Positions 39,576 to 48,781 of a stretch of 64,000 nucleotides of DNA are shown here, piece after piece. The translations under genes were made by a program, and so were the position numbers. The first letter of the stretch is position 1; every line of letters starts with the position of its first letter. The stretch is from an uncultured archaeon (GTDB taxonomy: Archaea > Asgardarchaeota > Lokiarchaeia > Sigyniarchaeales > SOKP01): the NCBI GenBank assembly GCA_964632315.1, contig CAZWEM010000011.1:1-64000 (forward strand), in the 5' to 3' direction. A model generated the notes under the pieces. It saw only the letters and a list, made by a program, of their open reading frames with translations. It was not told where the DNA came from and ran no database searches.

Positions 39576-40952
39576 CTACCTGTAATTTTTATTGGCGGCT
39601 AACGTGAACTTTTCGGAAAAGCCTAACTTATCTTTCATCTGAGAAAGCAATTCTTCTTTTGATAAAGCCACGTTAAAGCCCTTAGTCGCTACTTCCGCAA
39701 ATCTCTCAGCTTGGTTAACGTTCCATTCAGTCTGACCATAACAACCAGAACATGGGGCGTTAACTCTTATACATAGCCCGCCGCAGCCTGCTCTCGTGAT
39801 GGGACCTGCACATAGATACCCTTGTTCTATGAAGCAATCTTCCATGTTGGGGAGTCCTTCATAATCTCTCTTGACTCGTGTCATGGTTGATTTACTTCCA
39901 ATGATTCTAGGACAGGTATCACAAACAGTACTGATTTCGGTGAAATCTCGATGATCTCTGAGGTATGACATAATAGTTGAAGCTACTTGTTCCGTTTCTG
40001 AAGGCAAGTTCGCTAATGGTGTTTGGGGAGTACCTTTTTTCTTAACTTGTTTTAAGATATCACCCGCCAAATCGAACCCAGCCATCAGGGGAACGTTTAA
40101 GAATAGAGCTAAGAATTCGTATAAGTTCTTCTTGTCTCCTGAACTTAATGAATCCGCATTTTTAACCATATCTGTAAGTTTTCCAACACGGGCATCAACG
40201 GCTTTGCTTGGACCAAAACATCCTACACAGGGTTTTCCGTCACTAGTACATTTTAACGAACATCCAGCACTGGTGATAGGACCAAAACAAAGAACACCTT
40301 TTTCTAACACGCAACCACTGTCCCTTAGCACGCATTCACTACAGAATGGTGCATCTGCCATTGGTTGAGGTTTTTGACCGAGTAAGAATTGCACTGCTGA
40401 AATGATTTGTTCGGGTTTAGGCGGACACCCGGCAATATACGCATCGACCTTAATAACTTCATCTAAAGGTACGATCTTGCTTGTAAATCCAGGCATGTGT
40501 ACAGTAGGTTCTTTTGGACTCTCATTGGTAATCGATTCTGCTTGAGTAAATTTTCTATCGATTGCCTCTTGAATATCCCACTGATTTGCCAAACCATGAA
40601 CGTTTCCATAGCACGAGCATGAACCAAAGGCAATGATTAATTGGCATTTTTCACGCATTAATTTAGCTTGCTCAAGATCCTTATTCGTTCTTAAACTGCC
40701 TTCTACGAATCCAACGAGTACATCTCCATCAGGTCTTGCTTTCAGAGAATCTTCCTTGAAATCAACAACTGCGGGCCAATATACAATATCTAATGCAGGG
40801 AGCACCGGTAATAAGCCTAAATCTATGCTTGACTAGCGAAATGGAATCAATGTGCATTTAATAGGCTTTGGTGGCAACCCCAACATATCTGTAAGCAAAG
40901 GAAACCTTCACATTAAATCAGAGTTTTGCATAAATGCCACTTTAATAGCCAT
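39576..40952 (-). CDS. vhuG: Group 3c hydrogenase small subunit, spliced: exons 40952-40917, 40885-40852, 40822-39576 (438 aa), with duplicated C-terminal Fe-S module
   Basis: ORF-track protein (from 40805) lacks the N-terminal CxxC; removing two inserts gives MAIKVAFMQNSDCWGCHQSLLNAHLGLLPVLPALDIVYWP; VEGS, AFGSC, GCPP motifs follow. Confidence 0.9.
40823..40851 (-). other. BHB mRNA intron 2 of vhuG (29 nt)
   Basis: AUUGAUUCCAUUUCGCUAGUCAAGCAUAG; helix AUGC/GCAU, bulges ACA and AGA, inner stem UUGAUU/AGUCAA, outer AA/UU and AAGCCUA/UAGGCUU. Confidence 0.88.
40886..40916 (-). other. BHB mRNA intron 1 of vhuG (31 nt)
   Basis: UUAAUGUGAAGGUUUCCUUUGCUUACAGAUA; helix UCUG/CAGA, bulges AUU and UAU, 10-bp inner stem, outer AAC/GUU. 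Confidence 0.9.
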
Positions 40953-41497
40953 TTTTCATCAATTTTTTTGTTTTTGTTTGTTTTTTATTTTAATTGGCTA
41001 ATTTGTGTTGTGAAATTAGTTATGAACTTTAAATCATAATCTAATAAAAAATGTTCTATTTTCTTTTTATTGGCTTTTCTTTAAGTATACTATCCAGTCT
41101 GTATATTGAATAAGCATTCATAATTGTTAGATAGAATTGTCAAATCAATTAGTCATGCGAATAATTTTGAATGAGTATTCACGAGATGAGGATGGTTTAA
41201 GATTTTAGATTTTACAAGAACTCTTATTTGAATGATATCATATTGATAATTTTTTATAAAAATCTCTGCTTAGAGAGAGTTTTTTGGTTAAAATACTTGT
41301 TAAAAACCATTAATTGCAAAATAAATTTATACTAATAAGTGAGAAAAGTAGTACATGAAGATTAAAGAGCAAATTTTTCCCTAAAAACTAACCATTCTCA
41401 TCTGCTTTTCTTATCCAAATTCATGAATTCATGAATATTATAAGTGTTTAAATTTAATATTACTATTCAGTCCCTAAAGATTGATCATTCTCGAAGA

Positions 41498-42778
41498 TTA
41501 AATGTTAATACTGTTAATCGAGTGATCCAAGTAATTATGATCGACTGATAAAAAATTGATGTTTTTCATGGAATCGAACGTAATTGGTAAAACTTTTAGT
41601 TTGTTGTGGTTAAGATTCAGATATCTTAAGTTAAATAGAGAGCATATTCCACATGGAATCACGGATAAGTTATTTTGTTCTAAGTTGAGATATTCCAGGT
41701 TCCTGAGATTTGAAATGAACTTTGGAAGTTTATACAAGCTAGTACATTTTAGATTTAACGATTTTAGCGAACTAAGATACTTCAAGCAATTCTTAAGAGA
41801 GATTACTTTAATGTTTTCAAAATTAAGGCTTATCACCTCTCCTTTGCATAATTCGTATTTTAGAGATGGATAACATTTTATTAAATAATTAATGACGAGG
41901 GAATTGAGTAAAAAATCGCCTAATTTCGAACTGGATTGGAATTCAAAATCGAGATGGTATAAACGATTAATAGGTAATGCATGTGATATCCATCGAATTG
42001 CAGGAAAGAAAAGTGACTTGGAAATTTCAGGTGTAAAATTTTTGATAGTTTGGATTAATTCGAGTTGGCATCTAAGATTATAATCATTAGTAAAGGACCA
42101 TTTAAGTGGAAATAATTTTAGTTCCTTTAATTTCCTTAAATGCTTGATTCCGTGAATTTCTGAAAGATCTTTGATTGCTTCTCTGTCTTTCCAGGTAAGA
42201 ATTTTATTATTTATGCGTGAGAAGTCTAATTTTCTTACTAAACCATCCTCAATTTCGTACTGTAATAACGGGAATTTCCTTATTAAATAACTCACCGTGA
42301 ACAAGTTGATTAAAATAGCTAATAAATCAGTAACACTTGGATTCTTGCGTACTATGTCAGAAATCTGAGCATCATTTAACAACTCAACTTTCTTTAGATA
42401 TGAGATCAACTTTCCCTTCGCATTATCATTAGTTAGATCATGTAATGAGTTCAAAATTGTGATGATACAATTAAAAGAATTTTCTTGACTAATTGCCCAC
42501 AATAATGGAGCTGCTGCTTTGTCTGAAAACCTCTCCTTGATAACTGAAACAGCCTCTTTTCGAATTATATCATTAGGATCAGAAACAATGAGATTCTCTA
42601 AGATTTCAAATAAGTTGTCATCTTTCCCATCAATATTCTCCAGTACATGAATACAACTTGTACGAATTTTTTCATCGTCCACGTTTTCCAATAGAATGGA
42701 TATCAGGCTAATTGCATTAGACTTACTTATCGTGTTATTTACAAAATTCTGGTAAATTTTAGTAGGAGAACTCGTCAT
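41498..42778 (-). CDS. HEAT-repeat + leucine-rich-repeat protein
   Basis: LENLIVSDPNDIIRKEAV; C-terminal LEYLNLEQNNLSVIP, LRYLNLNHNKLKVLP. Confidence 0.85.
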   Translation of the reverse strand: MTSSPTKIYQNFVNNTISKSNAISLISILLENVDDEKIRTSCIHVLENIDGKDDNLFEILENLIVSDPNDIIRKEAVSVIKERFSDKAAAPLLWAISQENSFNCIITILNSLHDLTNDNAKGKLISYLKKVELLNDAQISDIVRKNPSVTDLLAILINLFTVSYLIRKFPLLQYEIEDGLVRKLDFSRINNKILTWKDREAIKDLSEIHGIKHLRKLKELKLFPLKWSFTNDYNLRCQLELIQTIKNFTPEISKSLFFPAIRWISHALPINRLYHLDFEFQSSSKLGDFLLNSLVINYLIKCYPSLKYELCKGEVISLNFENIKVISLKNCLKYLSSLKSLNLKCTSLYKLPKFISNLRNLEYLNLEQNNLSVIPCGICSLFNLRYLNLNHNKLKVLPITFDSMKNINFLSVDHNYLDHSINSINI

Positions 42779-42878
42779 GGATGCCTCATATTACATGAAG
42801 ATAAAATTTTTCTATTTACTCACGATCTTTTATTACTAAATCCTAAATTCTTAATATATTCTATTCTTATTTCCTATC

Positions 42879-43931
42879 ATGAGCATGAAAAAGCTGAGTT
42901 CTAGCGTCGTTCAATTGTCTCATGGCGCAGGTGGCGTATTACAAGAGGAGCTCATTGAATTTATAACCAAAAACATTACCTTGAAAAACGTCAATAAAGG
43001 AATTGGAGTAAAGGAGTTGGATGATGGAGCAACCATCCCATTAGAAGACTATGACAAGGAAATCGTGGTTTCAGCTGATGGTCATACCGTATATCCTCTT
43101 TTCTTCCCCGGAGGAAATTTAGGGATCTTAAGTACGTGTGGAACGGTTAATGATTTATTGATGATGGGGGCAACACCTCTGGCGATGACTTCCATTGTAA
43201 TCATAGAAGAGGGGTTAAAATTTGAAACATTAGATAAGGTCATCAATTCATTCAATTTTACTGCTAAAGAAGCGAATGTTGCAATCATTGCTGGAGATTC
43301 TAAAGTTATGCCTAAGGGAACGTTAAGTGAAATGATTATGGCAACTACTGGCATCGGAATTAAATCTAAAAAAATCAAAATTCTTGATAATAATTTACAA
43401 CCAGGAGACAAAATAATCGTCACGGGTTCTATTGGGGATCACGGAACGGCTTTATTATCGAGTCGCGAAGGGCTCAACATCCAAACAGATTTAATTTCAG
43501 ATGTTGCCTTTCTAATTGATGTAAAAAATTCAATGCAATCCGAAATTGATGCGAATCTAATCCATGCCATGAAAGATCCAACTCGAGGAGGAATTGCAGG
43601 AGCTTTAAACGAGTGGGCCACTAAATCTAACGTAAGCATCTTATTAGAAGAAGAAAAAATTCCAATAAAAAAACAAGTAAATGCGATATGCGACATGTTA
43701 GGGTTAGATCCATTCACAATTGCATGTGAAGGACGAGCATTAATTTCGGTTGATGCATCTATTGCAGATCAAGTGGTACAAAAAATTAGAGGTACTAAAA
43801 ATGGTAAAGAAGCAGTAATAATTGGAGAAGTAAGTAAAGAAAATCCTAAAAAAGTCTTTTTAAAAACAATTGTTGGAGGAACTCGGTTTGTTGATATGCC
43901 CTTAGGTGAACCAATCCCCCGTATTTGCTAA
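42879..43931 (+). CDS. hypE: Hydrogenase maturation protein HypE
   Basis: LSHGAGG, PLFFPGG, GTVND, MKDPTRGG, C-terminal PRIC. Confidence 0.95.
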   Translation: MSMKKLSSSVVQLSHGAGGVLQEELIEFITKNITLKNVNKGIGVKELDDGATIPLEDYDKEIVVSADGHTVYPLFFPGGNLGILSTCGTVNDLLMMGATPLAMTSIVIIEEGLKFETLDKVINSFNFTAKEANVAIIAGDSKVMPKGTLSEMIMATTGIGIKSKKIKILDNNLQPGDKIIVTGSIGDHGTALLSSREGLNIQTDLISDVAFLIDVKNSMQSEIDANLIHAMKDPTRGGIAGALNEWATKSNVSILLEEEKIPIKKQVNAICDMLGLDPFTIACEGRALISVDASIADQVVQKIRGTKNGKEAVIIGEVSKENPKKVFLKTIVGGTRFVDMPLGEPIPRIC

Positions 43932-43967
43932 TATTAATTGAGAATGAATATAAAAAGAGAAAAATAA

Positions 43968-44486
43968 TTGAAAGAACTAAAAATAAGACCTATTGGCATT
44001 GTCAGAAATAAAGTAGAGAGAGAGTCATTAAAATATTCAAATAACGATATAGAACATGATTCTAACTTAATAAAAAAACAGGGAAAAGCTTCATTTCCAT
44101 CAGAAATTATGATTTACGATGATTATATTGAATGTTTAGATGGAATTGAAGATTTTTCTCATTTAGTTATCATATATTGGACCCATAAAATACCCGAAAA
44201 AGCACGTCAACTTAAAAAAGTACATCCCATGGGCATGCAGAAAATGCCCCTTACGGGAATTTTCGCCACAAGATCTCCAGTAAGACCAAATCCTATAGCC
44301 TTGATCGTGGTTAAATTATTAAAACGTAAAGATAATGTCCTTTTCGTGGAAGGTTTAGATGCCATAAATAATACACCAATAATTGATATAAAACCCCATT
44401 TACCATTATATGATTCTCCATCTAATGTTAAATTAGCAGATTGGATGTATTCATTGAAAGATGATATTAATGATGAGTCTAGATAA
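43968..44486 (+). CDS. trmO: TrmO/TsaA tRNA methyltransferase family protein
   Basis: RPIGIV, GIFATRSPVRPNPI, GLDAINNTPIIDIKP. Confidence 0.88.
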   Translation: MKELKIRPIGIVRNKVERESLKYSNNDIEHDSNLIKKQGKASFPSEIMIYDDYIECLDGIEDFSHLVIIYWTHKIPEKARQLKKVHPMGMQKMPLTGIFATRSPVRPNPIALIVVKLLKRKDNVLFVEGLDAINNTPIIDIKPHLPLYDSPSNVKLADWMYSLKDDINDESR

Positions 44487-44510
44487 TGATGTTTAAAATA
44501 AATTCCTCAA

Positions 44511-45626
44511 ATGGATGAATTGCTTAAGATGGAAATTCCTGAGATAAGAATTTTAAGAAGTAGAGAATTCACGAAGAAAATTGTAAAAGCAATCGATAAA
44601 GTAGCAAGTGAAATTAATAGAAAAGTGAAACTAATGCACGTGTGCGGAACACACGAGCATACCATTTCCAAATATGGGCTAAGGACTCTTTTGCCAAAAA
44701 ATATAGAAATTCTTTCTGGTCCTGGATGCCCCGTGTGTGTTTGCCCAGCGGCAGACATAGATAAAGCCATTGAATTAGGAAAGCGAAAAGATACTATAAT
44801 CACTACTTTTGGAGATATGATTAGAGTTCCAGCCACCAATCTTTCTCTCTCTCAACTTAAAGCAGAGGGGGCGGATATCAGAATCGTGTACGGACCTCAT
44901 GATGCTGTGGATATTGCCAAGAAGAATCCCGGGAAAGAAGTCATATTTTTTGCAATTGGATTTGAAACAACTGTCCCTTTAATTGGATATGAGTTAAGCA
45001 ATGATCCCCCCTCAAATTTTTCAGTAATTTGTGCTCATAAGCTCATTCCAGCTGCACTTGAGTTATTAATAAGTCAATCCCAATTGCAAATTGATGGGTT
45101 CATTTCTCCAGGACACGTTTCAACTATAATCGGTTTAGAACCATTTAAAATATTTTCAGATGCATATAAAGTGCCTAACGCCATAGCTGGCTTTGAACCA
45201 AATGATGTATTGCTCGGTATTTTAATGCTCCTTAAGCAGATTGCAGAAAAAAAACACGAAACATTAAATGAATATTCTCGAGTCGTAAAACCTGAAGGAA
45301 ATAAAATTGCACAAGACATAATAGATGATGTTTTCGAACCTGTTTCTTCTCCTTGGAGAGGTATCGGGAGAATCTTAGATGGAGGGTTAAAAATTAAAGA
45401 TAAGTATGATCAATTCGATGCTGATAAAAGATTTAATATCAAAATTAAAAAGTCTCAAGATATCCCTCCTGGGTGTTCATGTCATTTAGTCATGGTCGGA
45501 AAATTATATCCTTATCAATGCAAGCTTTTTAGAAAAGAATGCACACCACTGCATCCTGTTGGTCCGTGTATGGTCTCCATGGAAGGAACGTGTAGCATCT
45601 ACTATAAATATCATCAGGATGAATAA
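44511..45626 (+). CDS. hypD: Hydrogenase maturation protein HypD
   Basis: MHVCGTHE, GPGCPVCV, GFETT, PGHVS, GPCMVSMEGTC. Confidence 0.96.
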   Translation: MDELLKMEIPEIRILRSREFTKKIVKAIDKVASEINRKVKLMHVCGTHEHTISKYGLRTLLPKNIEILSGPGCPVCVCPAADIDKAIELGKRKDTIITTFGDMIRVPATNLSLSQLKAEGADIRIVYGPHDAVDIAKKNPGKEVIFFAIGFETTVPLIGYELSNDPPSNFSVICAHKLIPAALELLISQSQLQIDGFISPGHVSTIIGLEPFKIFSDAYKVPNAIAGFEPNDVLLGILMLLKQIAEKKHETLNEYSRVVKPEGNKIAQDIIDDVFEPVSSPWRGIGRILDGGLKIKDKYDQFDADKRFNIKIKKSQDIPPGCSCHLVMVGKLYPYQCKLFRKECTPLHPVGPCMVSMEGTCSIYYKYHQDE

Positions 45627-45738
45627 GTATTGACACATTTGGATATAATGACATATTCAATCATCCTAAAGAATGATTTAAATAACTAATAACATATTTT
45701 TACTCAATTTCTATATTTACGAAAATCGAGGGCAATAA

Positions 45739-46370
45739 ATGATAATTATTGATGTGAGAAATTATATTAGTCTTATTATCTTGTTAGAATTTTCCATTAT
45801 TGGGAACATTTATTTTCTTAAAGAATCAAAAGACAAAGCAGATGTCATTTCAGAAGTTAGAAAACTAAGATGGATTGGTATAATCAACATTATCTTTCTT
45901 GGCTTAAACTTCTTTTTTCCCCCAATCATCGGTGTAGATTCGCCTACAACCTTTATCAATTTCTCGTTCCCATATGTCTTATTGATATTCCATTTTTAAT
46001 CTCATATGGAATATTAATGTATTTATTTGGAAAGAGCGTCATACAAGAATGGGGTAATTATCTTAAAATAGCAGGATTAATAGGAATTATCGGAAATACA
46101 TTACTTCTTCCTTTTTCAGTGATGGCTTTAATAATAACGCAGACTGAATTAATCATAACGATGTATTCAACGATAGTAAACATTATTACGATGAGTCTTA
46201 TGGCTATCGGAGGTTTTTCATGGCTTGCAGAGTACATATTTATTTATTTGAATGGTAAAAAGAACAAGATAAGAAATTTTACAATCTCGGGCATTATTCT
46301 AAGTTTGGGTTTTATATTATATTTCCTTCTTGATCTCATACTATTGATAGCATTTCCGATACAATTTTAA
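45739..46370 (+). pseudogene. Multi-TM membrane protein split by a frameshift (~45910-45960)
   Basis: Two overlapping ORFs (45739-45999, 45870-46370) whose hydrophobic segments join with a -1 shift; may be a sequencing error. Confidence 0.55.
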
Positions 46371-46459
46371 CTTCAACTTAAAATTAAACTGTTTTTTCCT
46401 ATTTTTTAATAATTTTGATTATGACAATTAATTTATTTTTGACATGCTTTTAATAATGT

Positions 46460-47563
46460 ATGAGTGGGAAAAATCAGCCATTTAATCAAGCACAGCTATA
46501 TTTGGATATCGCAGGAGTGATCATGATGGCTCTTAATAGAATGGGTGAAATTACATTAATTAATAAAAAAGGTTGTGAAGTGCTTGAATACACGGAAGAA
46601 GAATTAATTGGTAAAAATTGGTTTCTAACTTGTCTTCCAAATGATATTAAGAATGATGTCTATGAAGTATTTAAAAGGCTGATCAGCGGTGAAATCGAAA
46701 AGGCTGAATTTTATGAAAATCCAGTCCTTACAAAAAGCGGAAAATTAAAAACCATTGCTTGGCATAATGCATATTTGCTTGATAACGATGGAAACATAAT
46801 AGCAACTTTAAGCTCAGGTGAAGATATAACTGAACGCAAAAGAATAGAGGAGGAAAAAAATATTCTTGAAAAATTAAAGGAAGATTTTTTAGCAAGAGTG
46901 TCTCACGAGTTAAAAACGCCACTCATTTCTATAGTTGGTTATACTGATCTTTTTCTAATCAAATATGGATCAATTTTGGATGAGGAAGCTAAACGTTATC
47001 TGAATTCTATTCGAAAAGCTACTGAAAGGTTGAATGATCTAGCAGAGCGATTGTTAACGGTTCAAGAATTAGAGGTAGAAAAGCTAAAGTTACAAAAGTC
47101 AAGGGGAAATATCGGAAAGGTGATTGAGGAAAGCATCTATTCCTTAAATGCTTATGCAAAAACAAGAGACATATCAATATACCTTGATCTTCAAGAAGAT
47201 CTCATTTTTAATTTTGATATTGAGAAAATTCAAGATCTCATAAACAATTTAATATTGAATGCTCTGAAATATTCTCCTCCAAAAGGCTCAATCAAAGTTC
47301 ATTCGAAACTTCAAAATGATCACGTTATAATTTCAATAGAAGACGATGGAATTGGGTTCACTAAAGAAGAACAACAAGTCATATTTCAAAAATTTGGTAA
47401 GATTGAGCATTTTGGTGAAAATCTGGATGTAGATATTGGAGGAGTAGGTATGGGATTATACATAGCAAAAAGAATTACTGAGTTGCATGATGGAGAAATA
47501 TGGGTATCATCGCCCGGTCGGAACAAGGGTTCGACTTTTTATGTGAGTCTTCCAATACGTTAA
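46460..47563 (+). CDS. PAS-domain sensor histidine kinase
   Basis: PAS/PAC N-terminus; SHELKTPL, NLILNALKY, DDGIG, GVGMGL. Confidence 0.93.
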   Translation: MSGKNQPFNQAQLYLDIAGVIMMALNRMGEITLINKKGCEVLEYTEEELIGKNWFLTCLPNDIKNDVYEVFKRLISGEIEKAEFYENPVLTKSGKLKTIAWHNAYLLDNDGNIIATLSSGEDITERKRIEEEKNILEKLKEDFLARVSHELKTPLISIVGYTDLFLIKYGSILDEEAKRYLNSIRKATERLNDLAERLLTVQELEVEKLKLQKSRGNIGKVIEESIYSLNAYAKTRDISIYLDLQEDLIFNFDIEKIQDLINNLILNALKYSPPKGSIKVHSKLQNDHVIISIEDDGIGFTKEEQQVIFQKFGKIEHFGENLDVDIGGVGMGLYIAKRITELHDGEIWVSSPGRNKGSTFYVSLPIR

Positions 47564-47757
47564 TAGATCGATTTAACCATTATCTCGCATATTAATAAAT
47601 CTCATAATTGAATTATACTCCCTCATTGAGAGTTTATTAGATAATAGCACTAGTGTTATCCCTATCATAACCAAGATGCTTTAAATTTTAAATGTAGAAT
47701 CTCTTAGTAACTCCACTAAAATAAAATCTGATTGTATTTCACGCGATATGATTTTTT

Positions 47758-48642
47758 CTAAATAGCCCAGGGAAAGGAAATATCATACTTTTCTTCTCCC
47801 CATGAATCTGTCGCCGGAAAGTTAGCTCGATAACCAGAAGTATAATTTTGCTTATAATAGGTTTTTATATGCCTACCTCGAATTATCTTATCATAATCAA
47901 CCCTCGTGAGTCTTTGGGCGATTATACTTTCTTCATAATGCTCAGTACTATATTCCAAGCTACATTTCCAAAATCTCGTATTTTCTTTCATGAAATTTAC
48001 ACCCTCTCCTTTATCTTCTTCAATCCAAGCGACAAAACACGCATCATCTGTACCAGCTAAAGAATTTTTAAGATAAATCTTACGAGATTCGAATCCGCCT
48101 TCACTAGACGCCCAAAATCCTCCCCAATAACTGGTCAATACCACGATTATTTTACCTTTGAGCTCATTTAATGATGGCCAATGAAATCCATTCTTCCGGA
48201 AATCCTTATGTTGATATACATGATCCGGATATAAAACATCAAGAATAATTCGATTCAACTTTTTAAGGCCATATGATTCACTTGGTTCATTATTTTCATC
48301 GATAAAATTATCCTTCAATTCTATAAAGAGTGTTATGGGAGCATGCTGATTATGATGTTCATCAGACCAATCTTTTAATAAATTAAGCCAACTTGTGAAT
48401 AATAAATCATTCGGGTTTCCATTCACTCCTAATGCCACATCTTCATGATTAGGTAAATGATAGACTTCGAAATCATTTAACTCATGGACTTTTTCATCAT
48501 GAATATCATATTCCAAACCTCTGACACCGGAATCTAATTGTTTTCGTACTGAAATACTGTAGGAATTATGACTGGTTTTAAAAAAAGCTTCATTATAGGA
48601 GATATCCCAATTCTTCTGTTTAACATTGTGATTATTCTTCAT
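47758..48642 (-). CDS. PI-PLC-like (PLC X domain) phosphodiesterase
   Basis: SHNSY, QLDSGVRGLEYDIH, VYH, WPSLNELKGKIIVV. Confidence 0.75.
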   Translation of the reverse strand: MKNNHNVKQKNWDISYNEAFFKTSHNSYSISVRKQLDSGVRGLEYDIHDEKVHELNDFEVYHLPNHEDVALGVNGNPNDLLFTSWLNLLKDWSDEHHNQHAPITLFIELKDNFIDENNEPSESYGLKKLNRIILDVLYPDHVYQHKDFRKNGFHWPSLNELKGKIIVVLTSYWGGFWASSEGGFESRKIYLKNSLAGTDDACFVAWIEEDKGEGVNFMKENTRFWKCSLEYSTEHYEESIIAQRLTRVDYDKIIRGRHIKTYYKQNYTSGYRANFPATDSWGEEKYDISFPWAI

Positions 48643-48781
48643 GTAGTATCATTTTATTAAAAGTCTAAGAAACTTTATTGGGCTTAAACCTATATTTCTT
48701 ATCTTAATAAATTATTAATTTTATTATTAAAAGCACATTTTATAAGAATAGAAAAATTAACTTGAAGTTCTTATTTAAGAA

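Noticed and set aside
40823-40916. Sec read-through or ribosomal frameshifting as the explanation for the vhuG 5' end
   Set aside because: Reading the in-frame UGA gives LM-U-RFPLLTDMLGLPPKPIKCTLIPFR then UAG, with no CxxC; only double excision restores the motif
40823-40916. Spliceosomal (GT-AG) or self-splicing group I/II introns
   Set aside because: The 5' ends are not GT and the inserts are far too short for ribozyme cores; BHB geometry explains both boundaries
45925-45955. BHB intron explaining the membrane-protein frameshift (hairpin GGTGTAG..CTACAACC)
   Set aside because: The best candidate excision is 10 nt, the wrong phase; a homopolymer indel is simpler
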